Assembly (NCBI GenBank): GCA_049570475.1
Contig: CP186953.1
Span: 960,001-1,024,000, forward strand
DNA: 64,000 bases
Origin: Candidatus Methanosuratincola verstraetei
Lineage (GTDB): Archaea > Thermoproteota > Methanomethylicia > Methanomethylicales > Methanomethylicaceae
Direction of reading: 5' to 3'
This document shows, one piece after another, positions 17,776 to 27,465 of the stretch (its first letter is position 1; each line of letters opens with the position of its first letter). The position numbers were made by a program, and so were the translations under genes. A model generated the notes under the pieces. That model was not told the DNA's origin. It saw only the letters and a program-made list of their open reading frames with translations, and made no database searches.

Positions 17776-18459
17776 ATGAAAGAAGAAGATCTCATCAATC
17801 TCGCCGAGAAGATAGGCGACCAATCGCTGAGGGACAAGGTAATCGAGATGATAAGGAATCCCCGGCTTTCCTTCCTGGAGATGCCAAACTCGACCACTTT
17901 CTCGAAGTCCCCTGCGAGCAAGCGGCGGCACCACTCATACGAGAGCGGGCTACTGGTCCATACCTATTCTACGACAAAGGTAGCGATCGCATTGGCGGAC
18001 ATTGTGGAAGAGGTCTACGGCGTTAAAGTCAACAGGGATGTAGTGATAGCCGCAAGCTTGCTACACGATCTGTTCAAATTCGCCACTTATAGCCAAACTT
18101 ATCCCGGCAAGTACAACCGATCAAAACTTGGGGAGATGATCGATCACCTCTCGCTAATCACTGGGGAGCTCTATGCCCGGCGCTTCCCAATAGAGGTGAT
18201 CCACGCAGTGGCGTCCCACCATGGCGATGCAAGCCCAATAGAGCCTAGGACAATCGAGGCTCTCATACTGCACATTGCGGACAACGCGGACGCTGAGATG
18301 AACGACAAAGTGTTCTGGGCTGCGAAGGACATTATAAGGGAATGCCTAGGGCTGGACGTCCAAACGCTCCCGAAGGAGGTCTCTCCTTTCAAGGTAGTCC
18401 TGGCGAAGAAGGAAGGGGGCTGCGAAGAGGTGCGCAGGAGGTTCTCAAGCCTGCTTTGA
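17776..18459 (+). CDS. HD-domain phosphohydrolase (YhaM/HDIG-like)
   Basis: PASKRRHHSYESGLLVHT, LLHDLFK, SHHG, ILHIADNAD. Confidence 0.88.
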   Translation: MKEEDLINLAEKIGDQSLRDKVIEMIRNPRLSFLEMPNSTTFSKSPASKRRHHSYESGLLVHTYSTTKVAIALADIVEEVYGVKVNRDVVIAASLLHDLFKFATYSQTYPGKYNRSKLGEMIDHLSLITGELYARRFPIEVIHAVASHHGDASPIEPRTIEALILHIADNADAEMNDKVFWAAKDIIRECLGLDVQTLPKEVSPFKVVLAKKEGGCEEVRRRFSSLL

Positions 18460-18469
18460 GGTGTACACA

Positions 18470-20092
18470 ATGGTTGGCGGCCACTGGATAAGAGGGATCG
18501 TAGACGAGATAATCAGGAGGGGCGACGAGAGGATAGTGATCCATACGGGCAAGACTCCCTCTGGCCCAATACATATCGGGGCAGAGCGTGAGCAGTTCAT
18601 CTGCAGTGCCATCCAGCGAGAGCTGGAGAGGCGGGGGGTCGAATCCACATTCAATTTCATAATTGACTCGTACGATCCAATCAAGTCGATACCTGCAGGA
18701 TTAGCGGTCCCGAAGGGCTTCGAGGAGGAGCTCGGGAAGCCTTTGTCCTCCGTCCCTGATCCGTTCGGCTGCCACAGCAGTTATGCCCACCACTTCGCAG
18801 ACGAGTTCATAAAGTGCCAGCCCGAGTTTGGCCTCTCGCCGAACATCGTCTATTCCCACGAGCTCTATAAGAAGCCTGAGATGAAGGATGCTATTAGGAC
18901 CGTTCTGATGAAGCTTGATAAGCTCAAGGCAATCAGGAGGAAGTACTTGCATCTCCCGGAGGAGGACGGGACCGCGGATGACTGGAACCCCGTGATGGCT
19001 GTCTGCGAGAAGTGTGGCAGGATCGCATTCATGAAGAAAGAGGTGATCCCGAACAAGATCGACTCTTGGGACCTCGAGAAGGATGCGCTCACCTACACCT
19101 GCTCTGCCTGCGGGCACAAGGGTCAGGGGAAGATTAGGGACCTCTCACTCAAGCTCAGCTGGCGTGTGGACTGGTCAGCGAAATGGGCAGTATTCAGGGT
19201 GTCATGCGAGCCCGCCGGCAAGGATCACTGCGTCAAGGATGGCGCATACGACATGGGGCTTGAGGTCTGCCAAGAGATCTTCGGATACCGTGGCCCTCTG
19301 CGCGTCTCCTACGAATGGCTCACCCTCGGCGAGCACGCGATGAAGACACACAAGGGGATAACTTTCACTCCTCTTGAGTGGCTCAAGATAGCGCCCCCGG
19401 AGGCCCTTAGGCACCTGATACTTGGCGCCGACCCGATGCGCCACATATCCTTCCTCCCGGAGCGCATCCCCGATATCGTCGACAACTTCGACCGGCTCGA
19501 GCGCATCTACTACGGGATCGAGGCGCCACCCCCCGGCGAGGATCACGAGTACCTGAGGGACTTGTACGCTCTCTGCGTCAGGGAAAAGCCTCGCGAGTCC
19601 GCGCCCGCAAGGCTGCCATACCGTTTCGCAGCAACGATCGTCCAGCTTGAACCTATATTGGGGAGCGACAAGGTCATCGCAAAGTCTGTCGATTACGCCG
19701 CCCGCCTGCACAGGAAGCCTGCGCTCTCTGAGCACGAGGTCTCCGATGCGAAACGGCGCCTTTCTATGGCATCTAACTGGATTAGCCTTTATGCGCCGCC
19801 GCAGGCAAAATTCAGGATCTCGACGGGGGCGTTGGCTTTCCAGATCTCCGACGAAGCAGAGCGTAAATTCATAGACTCCGTGGCTGGCTTGCTGGAGCGG
19901 GACCTCCCAGAGTCCGATCTCCAGAACGGGATATTCGAGGCTGCAAGATCTCTCGGCATGGAGACTGGAAAGGCATTCGCCTTGCTCTACAGGATATTGA
20001 TAGGCTCAGAGAGGGGTCCGCGATTGGCCCCGCTACTCCTAGCACTGGACAGGGACTGGGTCGTGAAGCGGCTAAGGTCCACGATCCAATAG
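18470..20092 (+). CDS. lysS: Lysyl-tRNA synthetase, class I
   Basis: TPSGPIHIG, PDPFGCH, CEKCG/CSACG, KLSWRVDW, EPAGKDH, GPRLAP. Confidence 0.95.
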   Translation: MVGGHWIRGIVDEIIRRGDERIVIHTGKTPSGPIHIGAEREQFICSAIQRELERRGVESTFNFIIDSYDPIKSIPAGLAVPKGFEEELGKPLSSVPDPFGCHSSYAHHFADEFIKCQPEFGLSPNIVYSHELYKKPEMKDAIRTVLMKLDKLKAIRRKYLHLPEEDGTADDWNPVMAVCEKCGRIAFMKKEVIPNKIDSWDLEKDALTYTCSACGHKGQGKIRDLSLKLSWRVDWSAKWAVFRVSCEPAGKDHCVKDGAYDMGLEVCQEIFGYRGPLRVSYEWLTLGEHAMKTHKGITFTPLEWLKIAPPEALRHLILGADPMRHISFLPERIPDIVDNFDRLERIYYGIEAPPPGEDHEYLRDLYALCVREKPRESAPARLPYRFAATIVQLEPILGSDKVIAKSVDYAARLHRKPALSEHEVSDAKRRLSMASNWISLYAPPQAKFRISTGALAFQISDEAERKFIDSVAGLLERDLPESDLQNGIFEAARSLGMETGKAFALLYRILIGSERGPRLAPLLLALDRDWVVKRLRSTIQ

Positions 20093-20314
20093 TGCCAAAA
20101 TTTCGCTAGCAGCCCATCTGACCAAAAATTCAGCTATTAAAACACGCCTGTGCACAGCTCGGTTTGTGGCACAAAATCCTGTGATTCGCCCCGAAAATCA
20201 TGCCGAATACGCAATGCCGACCTCTTCTGATATCGACAGTAAGGTTTTTCAGTACTGATTTAAAAACCAAAAATGTTAAAAATATTTGGTTTTAAAGAAA
20301 CGTGATGGACATTT

Positions 20315-20521
20315 ATGCAATTGCTAGACGAAATATTGAAGCTGCTGAGCGACGGAAAAGAGCGCAAACCAACTGACATATCCAAAGATTTGAAAGTAGA
20401 TATCGCTTTAGTTAACGAGGCGCTCGCCTTCCTCGCGGAGTATAATTTCGTGCGTAGGGGGCACAACGGCTCATACATGCTGGATGATGAAGTAAAGCGC
20501 GTATTAGAGATTTACTCTTAG
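20315..20521 (+). CDS. Small winged-helix DNA-binding protein
   Basis: LDEILKLLSDG...DISKDL...VNEALAFLAEYNFV. Confidence 0.7.
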   Translation: MQLLDEILKLLSDGKERKPTDISKDLKVDIALVNEALAFLAEYNFVRRGHNGSYMLDDEVKRVLEIYS

Positions 20522-20782
20522 GGCACCGAAGCGCCTTCTGTATAGATCGAATTCTGTATAATTCCTCAAAAATTCCGAGCCCTTGTCTGTTATCTTGTAG
20601 ATTGGCTCGCCTTGTGTGAAGTCTATCTTCAAGAGCCCTTTGTGAAGAAGCAGCTTTATTGCCGCTTTTCTTTTCCTCAGATCTTTTGCCGAAGCCTTTT
20701 CCATATCGCTCTGGTCGATACCGTACATCGCACGCTCCAACAGCTGGCATATATCCTTAAAAAAAGGCTTCGACAGAGACAA
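20504..20782 (-). CDS. Small winged-helix protein
   Basis: IKLLLHKGLL...YKITDKGSEFL wing motif. Confidence 0.65.
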   Translation of the reverse strand: MSLSKPFFKDICQLLERAMYGIDQSDMEKASAKDLRKRKAAIKLLLHKGLLKIDFTQGEPIYKITDKGSEFLRNYTEFDLYRRRFGALRVNL

Positions 20783-20956
20783 ATGCCTTACCCCAAATTC
20801 AAAGTATTCTGATTTTTATTTACCAGGGATGACATATAAACATTTATTTGAAAAATTGTTTTTCTGTTAAAATAAAAAACAATTTTATTTATCCCCCACA
20901 ACAGAACCCTCTAAAGCTGATGGTCTAGTCCGCAGAGTCTTTTCGAGCATAAGGAT

Positions 20957-21065
20957 TGGCGCCGGGGAAGGGATTCGAACCCTTGCTCCCCCGAGAGGGA
21001 ACCGGCTTGCCTGTCCCATTGATAAGATCTCGAGGCCGGCGCCTTAACCGCTCAGCCACCCCGGC
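20957..21065 (-). tRNA. tRNA-Ser(CGA) with 21-nt intron at 37/38
   Basis: CCGGC-CTCGAG|intron|A-GCCGG anticodon arm, long variable arm, BHB-like pairing, CCA. Confidence 0.92.
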
Positions 21066-21138
21066 TCACTCTTCGATACGCAAAGTTATTTCTAAATCTT
21101 TCTCTTCTCCTTCTTTTTTTTGCCTTTGTCTCATTCGT

Positions 21139-22047
21139 TCAGACTGGCATGAAAGTCGGCTTCTCGTCCGTAGCCACTAATCCCCACTTCCTGATCTTCT
21201 CAACCAGATCCTTTGGCAGGGCAAATAGTGCTTGGTACGTCTTTTCATCGAGGTACCTGAGGCCCTTCACCCCTTTTCCCGCCGCCGCTCCTTCGAATTT
21301 ACCGATCAGCCCACAGGGATCTGGTCCTTTCGACCCGTAGACGATCCCCCAAGTTGAATCATAAGAAGGAACCCAAACATGGTACCCGCCCGTCAACTGG
21401 AATGCGCTTCCAACGGTCTTTAGAATCGTCGCGAAGCAGTAGTCGCTGTAGTAAGTGGAAGTTGCCTGAGTGACCATTATGCCATCCTCTTTCAATATCC
21501 CCGATAGGAGCGAATAGAATTCCTTCGTGTATAGCCTCGCCCCTGGTCCGCCCTCAAGCGGGTCGGTCAAATCGACTATTGCTACGTCGAAAATGTCCTT
21601 GCACCCCTCAATGTACCTCCTGCCGTCACCGAAAACCAGTTCTGCCCTCGGGTCCTCAAAGGCTCCGCCCGAGAGCTCTGGCATGTGCTCCTTGGAAACC
21701 TCTACAACCCTCCTGTCGATGTCTACCATCACCGCCCTCTCGACCGAGGGATGCCTCAGCACCTCCCGGAGCGTACCTCCCTCGCCTCCGCCCAGGATGA
21801 GCACCTCTTTCGGCGAGGCATGGGCAACCATAGCCGGGTGTACAAGAGACTCGTGGTAGATGTATTCATCTCTTACAGTCGACTGGACCTTACCGTCGAG
21901 TATAAGCATCCTCCCATAGTCCTCGCTCTCGACGACATCTATCTCCTGGAACTCGCTCCTCTCGCTGTGGAGTGTCCGCCTAATCCCGTGCATGTGCGCG
22001 CTTCCATGGGTCTGGTACTCGATGAACCATTTCCAGGCGAGGCTCAC
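21139..22047 (-). CDS. speE: Polyamine aminopropyltransferase (spermidine synthase)
   Basis: LILDGKVQ, YHESLVHP, ILGGGEGGTLRE, IVDLTDP. Confidence 0.95.
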   Translation of the reverse strand: MSLAWKWFIEYQTHGSAHMHGIRRTLHSERSEFQEIDVVESEDYGRMLILDGKVQSTVRDEYIYHESLVHPAMVAHASPKEVLILGGGEGGTLREVLRHPSVERAVMVDIDRRVVEVSKEHMPELSGGAFEDPRAELVFGDGRRYIEGCKDIFDVAIVDLTDPLEGGPGARLYTKEFYSLLSGILKEDGIMVTQATSTYYSDYCFATILKTVGSAFQLTGGYHVWVPSYDSTWGIVYGSKGPDPCGLIGKFEGAAAGKGVKGLRYLDEKTYQALFALPKDLVEKIRKWGLVATDEKPTFMPV

Positions 22048-22412
22048 TTTGCAGTCTCCCCCACACAGATCACTCCGCGCTTCATCTCGACCACCGAGTT
22101 AGAGGCAGGCTTGAGCAATCCAGCGATCCTGCTGAAGACCTTCATTGGATCCGTGTTCTTACTGCATGTGAAGACGTCAAGAGCGGCGTACCCAAGCTCA
22201 GGCCAAGTATGTATCGAGATGTGGGACTCGGCAACCACTAGGACGCCTGTCACACCCTGGGGGGAGAATTGGTGGAATACTCTGCCCAATATTGTCAGTC
22301 CGGACTCGATCGCCCCTCTCTCCATTGCCTCCTCGATGCCCCTGATATCGTCAAGCGCTTTTGGGTCACAACCGAACAACTCAAAAATGAAGTGCCTACC
22401 GAGTTCCTTCAT
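22044..22412 (-). CDS. speH: S-adenosylmethionine decarboxylase proenzyme
   Basis: FSPQGVT, AESHISIHTWPE, DVFTC. Confidence 0.93.
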   Translation of the reverse strand: MKELGRHFIFELFGCDPKALDDIRGIEEAMERGAIESGLTILGRVFHQFSPQGVTGVLVVAESHISIHTWPELGYAALDVFTCSKNTDPMKVFSRIAGLLKPASNSVVEMKRGVICVGETAK

Positions 22413-22465
22413 CCCGATCACCGGATAGAAGGATCGGTCACCCTTCTCTTAAATTTCTTTTTCGT

Positions 22466-23446
22466 TCATTCGGCAGGCGCCCCGCTCACCAGCTCCGCAA
22501 GGTCGATCCCGTGTGCGCCGATCTGGTAGAAGTATATGGCTATCGAATCCAGCAGCGCCGCTATCCTAGGCTGCTTTGTCATGAGTAGCTCATTTACTGA
22601 GAGCAGCGACTGCGAGAGCGCCTTGCCCTCCTCAAGTACCGAGTCCGCAAGCGCGAGATCTTTTTTGAAAAGGGCGCTCGCAGCCTTCTCATGTATCTTG
22701 TACGCTTGCTTGCTTAGCGAGACTAGCGCGCTCACCAGATCGCTGTCAACTCCTCCGCCCAACTTTGGGACTGATGAGGCAACTGCGCCTGCGTAATCCG
22801 CAATCGTCTCCACGTATTTGGCGGCCATCCTCATGTCCAGGCACTCTGCAGGCCTGATGCCGAGCTTCTCAGCAACAGCCGGGCTCCTGATGGCGAGCCT
22901 GAGCTGCCTAACTATCAGGAAATAAAGCCTGTCGACCTCGTCGTCCCTCCTCACAACAGAGGATGCCAGCTCTGAGTCTTGGCTCGATAGCGCCTCCTCG
23001 GCGTCTCTGTGCATGCTTGCCGCGAGCGAATATGCCCTCCTGATCGTACTTAGGACTGGCATCGATGTCGGCTGCAGCAGGCACTGGATGGTGACCGTGT
23101 CCCTGTCTTCCTCAACAATCTCGAGCCCAATGAGCTTCTGGATCGCTCCCTTGATCTCCTCCCTGACAGCAGGGGTGAGCCTCTTTCCCAGCTCTACCAC
23201 GATTGTGTCCGCACCGAAAAGGTAATTGGATCTGATCTGCCTCTCCAACCCCTCAGCCTGCCTGATATATGCAACCACTCCCTTCTCCAGCTCGCCCGTC
23301 GCATCGGAACTTATCCTTAACTCACCTTCCGAGACCGTGAGCTTCAGGATAGATCCGCCATGAAGACCGTTTGACTTGACCCAGTCCTTCGGAAGAGAGA
23401 TGAGAAAGGAGCCCCCCTTGCTCATCTGCAGCCTTCTGTACTCCAC
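22466..23446 (-). CDS. phoU: Archaeal PhoU-family regulator with N-terminal AbrB domain
   Basis: RRLQMSKGGSFLISLPKDWV; LIGLEIVEE; RDDEVDRLYFL. Confidence 0.9.
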   Translation of the reverse strand: MEYRRLQMSKGGSFLISLPKDWVKSNGLHGGSILKLTVSEGELRISSDATGELEKGVVAYIRQAEGLERQIRSNYLFGADTIVVELGKRLTPAVREEIKGAIQKLIGLEIVEEDRDTVTIQCLLQPTSMPVLSTIRRAYSLAASMHRDAEEALSSQDSELASSVVRRDDEVDRLYFLIVRQLRLAIRSPAVAEKLGIRPAECLDMRMAAKYVETIADYAGAVASSVPKLGGGVDSDLVSALVSLSKQAYKIHEKAASALFKKDLALADSVLEEGKALSQSLLSVNELLMTKQPRIAALLDSIAIYFYQIGAHGIDLAELVSGAPAE

Positions 23447-23584
23447 ATTCTTCCCTCACAATCAACTCGAGCCCCAATCAATAAAACCTTTTCAACTTTC
23501 AATCGCTCGGCAGTCGGTTCGGCCCATTCCAATCACGAATAAAAATTAAGAGATGGGGCGCATACATCCGATTGGGGGGTTTGT

Positions 23585-25207
23585 TTGGCTGGGAATATGA
23601 AGGCTGCTGTGGAGATGGTGCTCAATTCTGGATTCCAGCTATCCCCAGATGCCTTCGAATACCTTGCCTCGAGGCATGATCCCGATCGCCTAGTCGAGGC
23701 AGCCCTCAAAACCATCAAAGGCGCAGGATCTGCCCCCCTGGTATTGGACCGATCTTATTTTGAGTCAATCGAGTCTGCTTCAAAAACAGTTGTTCCGCAT
23801 GATTGCGGGCACATCTCCGCGCCTAGACCAATAAGCTCCCCTGATTTAGTGATTGGTGCAGAATCTGAGCGCCCCATGAAGAGCATAACTAGCTCACGGG
23901 CACTAACCAGTGGGTTACCGTCTTCCAGAAACGGGCAGAATGTTAAGCCCCCTCCCGACTCAAAGCTTTTCGAGGAAGATGGAATCAGGCTCATCTCGGG
24001 TCTTGAGCGAATAACCATAAAGGGGAAGGCGAGCGACTTCAGGGATTACTTCAGGGATCGGCTTGCGTCACTCTCATCGATTCTGCGCTCTAGGGCAGAT
24101 GTCAGCGGAGCGACTACCGCTTCGCATGTACCCGAAGGTCTCAAGTGGCACAAAGTCAAGTTCATCGGAATGGTCAATTCGAAGAAAGAGTTCAGGGACG
24201 GCACTGTGGTGGTCGAGCTTGAGGACGAGGACGGGCTTGTGAAGGTAACCTTCAGGGGAGACGATGCAATAAAGAAGAAGGCTGCCCGGCTACTTGTTGA
24301 TGAAGTCGTGTGCGTTCTCGGCGCGACCAGGAACGGCAGCTCGGTCATAGCAGAGGACGTGATCTGGCCGGACATACCCTACAAGTCAAGAAGCATCCCT
24401 CCCTCTCCTGACCACGCCTATGCAGTGCTTACATCCGATGTCCACATCGGCAGCAAGACTTTCCTGAGGGACGACTTCGAGCGGTTCTTGGGCTGGCTGA
24501 GGGGAGAAACCGATGAACCCAGGCTCAATGAGATCGCGAGCAGGACGAAGTACCTTGTTATTGCCGGAGACCTCGTCGACGGGGTTGGGATATACCCTAA
24601 CCAGGAGGAAGAATTGGATGTCGCAGACCTGTACGATCAGTACAAGATCGCAGCGGAGTACCTGTCCACGCTGCCTGACCGGATCAAGATAATAATAATA
24701 CCAGGGAACCACGACGCCTGTAGACCCACCCTGCCAACCCCCCCAATTTACAGCGACTACGCTGCGCCCCTCTACTCGATGAGGAACGTCCTCATGCTGG
24801 GAGACCCGTCTTTCGTGAACCTCAGCGGTCAGACTTTTCTCCTTACGCATGGCAGGAGCCTCGACGACGTGATCCCATTCCTCCCCGATTGCAACTTCAG
24901 GGAGCCGCAGAGGGCAATGGTCGAGCTCCTCAAGTCCAGGCACATCGCCCCAATATACGGGGAGAAGACCCCCCTTGCACCTGAGCCAAAGGACCGGCTC
25001 GTGATTGACCCCGTCCCAGACATATTCCATGCGGGGCACGTCCATGTGGAGGGGATCGCCGAATACAGGGGAGTGCTGGTGGTCAACTCGGGCACATGGC
25101 AGTCGCAGACCAAGTACCAGCTCTCGGCTGGGATAGTCCCCAAGCCCTCCATAGTGCCAGTAGTCGACCTCGCCACAACGAAAGCTTATGAGTTGAACTT
25201 CACCTAG
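23585..25207 (+). CDS. DNA polymerase D small (exonuclease) subunit DP1
   Basis: SDVHIGS, AGDLVDGVGIYPNQ, PGNHDA, THGRSLDD, HAGHVH, NSGTWQSQT. Confidence 0.95.
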   Translation: MAGNMKAAVEMVLNSGFQLSPDAFEYLASRHDPDRLVEAALKTIKGAGSAPLVLDRSYFESIESASKTVVPHDCGHISAPRPISSPDLVIGAESERPMKSITSSRALTSGLPSSRNGQNVKPPPDSKLFEEDGIRLISGLERITIKGKASDFRDYFRDRLASLSSILRSRADVSGATTASHVPEGLKWHKVKFIGMVNSKKEFRDGTVVVELEDEDGLVKVTFRGDDAIKKKAARLLVDEVVCVLGATRNGSSVIAEDVIWPDIPYKSRSIPPSPDHAYAVLTSDVHIGSKTFLRDDFERFLGWLRGETDEPRLNEIASRTKYLVIAGDLVDGVGIYPNQEEELDVADLYDQYKIAAEYLSTLPDRIKIIIIPGNHDACRPTLPTPPIYSDYAAPLYSMRNVLMLGDPSFVNLSGQTFLLTHGRSLDDVIPFLPDCNFREPQRAMVELLKSRHIAPIYGEKTPLAPEPKDRLVIDPVPDIFHAGHVHVEGIAEYRGVLVVNSGTWQSQTKYQLSAGIVPKPSIVPVVDLATTKAYELNFT

Positions 25208-25257
25208 TCCATGGCTCCTCTTCGAAAGGCCTGTATCCTGCTCTTGGGGCGCGGTCT

Positions 25258-25800
25258 TTACGAGATCGCTTTCGAGAGCATGCAACACACGCGGAGCGGC
25301 TCCGGGATCTTCCCGAATACCGAAAGGCGTCTCATGGTTCTGAATGCCAACTTGGGGCTGATCCCGTAGCACGCCAGGAAGACCCCCCCAGTGCCTGGAA
25401 TCTCAAATCTCTGCGGTCCCAGCGGTCTACTAAGAACCTCGAGCCTCCTCCTCCAGTCGGGGAAGTGCTTTCTCAATGCCCTCTCGACTGCCACGCTGTC
25501 CGGCTCCTCCTCGAGCACGAATACCGATGGCACTCCCGTGGTCTTTAAAATTTCCTCGGGGTCTATCAGGTTGAATCCGGCAACCGGGACGCTCCTCGAG
25601 AGGAGTACCTCGATCTCCCACTTGCTGCTTACTATGGCTCCGACTATCTTTTCGGTGGCGTCCATCCCGTCAATTTCGACGTCTGAAACTCTGACTTCTA
25701 CAGGCCTGATCCCTGCTGCAGTGAGGAGCACGAGCGGGGTCGTGCCCTTTTTGAAAGGGGGGATCTTACCGCCGCAGACCGAGATCGAGATGTCCCCCAC
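25258..25800 (-). CDS. DUF99 (EndoV-superfamily) protein
   Basis: IDGMDATEKI, AGFNLIDP, ALRKHFPD, GKIPEPLR. Confidence 0.85.
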   Translation of the reverse strand: MGDISISVCGGKIPPFKKGTTPLVLLTAAGIRPVEVRVSDVEIDGMDATEKIVGAIVSSKWEIEVLLSRSVPVAGFNLIDPEEILKTTGVPSVFVLEEEPDSVAVERALRKHFPDWRRRLEVLSRPLGPQRFEIPGTGGVFLACYGISPKLAFRTMRRLSVFGKIPEPLRVCCMLSKAIS

Positions 25801-25916
25801 CGTAAACCCCCCTTCAGACTCTCTTGGGATAACCAGCCAATTATGAAGTGATCTTTTTCGATAATCAGCCTTTCGGACCAGGGCGATTCCGTCGATGGCG
25901 ACCTAGCCCATTCCAC

Positions 25917-27119
25917 TTACTTGCTAACAAGGTCGCCGAGCCGCGGGTCGTCCTGGAGCGCTTCCTTCAAGTTCTTCGCGGAGATGCTGAGGCTTACAAC
26001 CTTCGTTCTGCCGTACCTGCCCTTGCTCACGACCTTGGCGTTAGCTATCCCCAGCATGTCCAGCTCGTTGATCAGGTCACTAATCCTCCTCTGCGTGAGC
26101 GGCTCGAGGCCCATGCTCTTTGCTACTTTGCTGTATAGGTCGTAGAGCTCCCCTGTCGATCCGCCCTTCGACGCTCCATTGCCCAGGAGGTTCAGGCTCA
26201 GGATTAATATCTTAGAGTGGAGGGGCATCGTCCTGATCACCTCGACCACCCTGTCCTTCTCAATCTCTTTTTGGGCCATCCTGACGTGGTCTTCAGTAAC
26301 CTTTGTATCCCCGTTTCTCTCTGCTATCTCGCCCGAGATTCTGAGAAGATCGAGAGCCCTCCTGGCGTCGCCGTGCTCCTTCGCAGCCAGAGCGGAGCAG
26401 AGCTTGATCACGCTCCCCTCTATGACGTTTTTGTTGAATGCGAGGCTAGCCCTCCTGCTGAGTATGTCCTCCAGCTCTGAGGCGTCGTAGGGGGGGAAGA
26501 CGAGCTCCTCCTCTCCCAGGCTGCTCCTTACCCTTGGGTCCAGGTACTCCATGAACTTGAGATCATTCGTTATCCCGACTATCGAGATCCTGGTCCTGCT
26601 CAGCCTCTGGTTTATCCTCGTGAGGTCGTATAGCGCTTTGTCCCCCGTCTTCTTGACAAGCGCGTCCACCTCGTCCAGGACTGCGAAGATCATCCTTTCG
26701 GACGAATCGACGATTTTAACGAACCTTCTGAAGACCTCTGAGGTCGAGAGCCCCGTAAAAGGGATCCTCTCCCCCACGGACTCGCAAAGGTCAGCCAAGA
26801 CCCTGTAATTCGTGTCGTCATGCTTGCAATTTATGTAGGCAACCCCAAGATTGACCCCAATCTTCATGCCCTCGTCCTCGATCTTCTTCAGCACATACTT
26901 CGTGACTGCGGTCTTCCCAGTCCCTGGGACTCCATAGATGAAGATGTTTGAGGGCCTGGAACCCTTCAGAGAGGGCGCAAGGATCTCCGCGAGCTTGAGT
27001 ATCTGCTCCTCCCTGTGCGGCAAGTCGTTCGGTATGTAGTCCGGCCTCATCATCTCCCTGTTGGCAAAGATCTTTGCGCTCAGCACTCTGCTGAAAAGGC
27101 TGTCTAAGGGGTCCGTCAT
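25917..27119 (-). CDS. cdc6: Orc1/Cdc6 replication initiator
   Basis: PDYIPNDLPHRE, YGVPGTGKT, VLDEVD, GDARRALD, KGRYGRT. Confidence 0.96.
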   Translation of the reverse strand: MTDPLDSLFSRVLSAKIFANREMMRPDYIPNDLPHREEQILKLAEILAPSLKGSRPSNIFIYGVPGTGKTAVTKYVLKKIEDEGMKIGVNLGVAYINCKHDDTNYRVLADLCESVGERIPFTGLSTSEVFRRFVKIVDSSERMIFAVLDEVDALVKKTGDKALYDLTRINQRLSRTRISIVGITNDLKFMEYLDPRVRSSLGEEELVFPPYDASELEDILSRRASLAFNKNVIEGSVIKLCSALAAKEHGDARRALDLLRISGEIAERNGDTKVTEDHVRMAQKEIEKDRVVEVIRTMPLHSKILILSLNLLGNGASKGGSTGELYDLYSKVAKSMGLEPLTQRRISDLINELDMLGIANAKVVSKGRYGRTKVVSLSISAKNLKEALQDDPRLGDLVSK

Positions 27120-27127
27120 GGTGGTCT

Positions 27128-27200
27128 CTCCAGGGGATGCATTTGAATTAGTGGATCCAGTAGAAATATAAGCTCTTTCCAGATCTGTTCCATGGACCAA
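27128..27200 (+). promoter_or_regulatory. ORB/mini-ORB-like motifs upstream of cdc6
   Basis: TCCAGTAGAAAT at 27156-27167 plus nearby CTCCAGGGGA, TTCCAGA and TTCCATGGA. Confidence 0.4.
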
Positions 27201-27465
27201 AGTGCCCTTTTTGTTGCAAATCCTGCTCCCCCATGGCACTTGGTTGGGCGGGGCTTTTACATCCTGGTTTAAATTTTGCGCCAGCCAAAATTCCTTTTTC
27301 GCCCCGATCAAGATCGATCCTTCAGTGCGGCTAGTGCTGACTCATGCAACGACTCGCCCGCAATTCCAGACCGCCCGATCCACGAGGGATAACGGAAGTC
27401 GGCAGCAGGGTTTTTAATAACCTAGGGGTCTACCCGTAATCATCTATTCTGCCTCGGGCTGGTGA

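Noticed and set aside
27120-27311. N-terminal extension of Cdc6 in the track
   Set aside because: Homology begins near MTDPLD (27119); the extension covers probable promoter/ORB DNA
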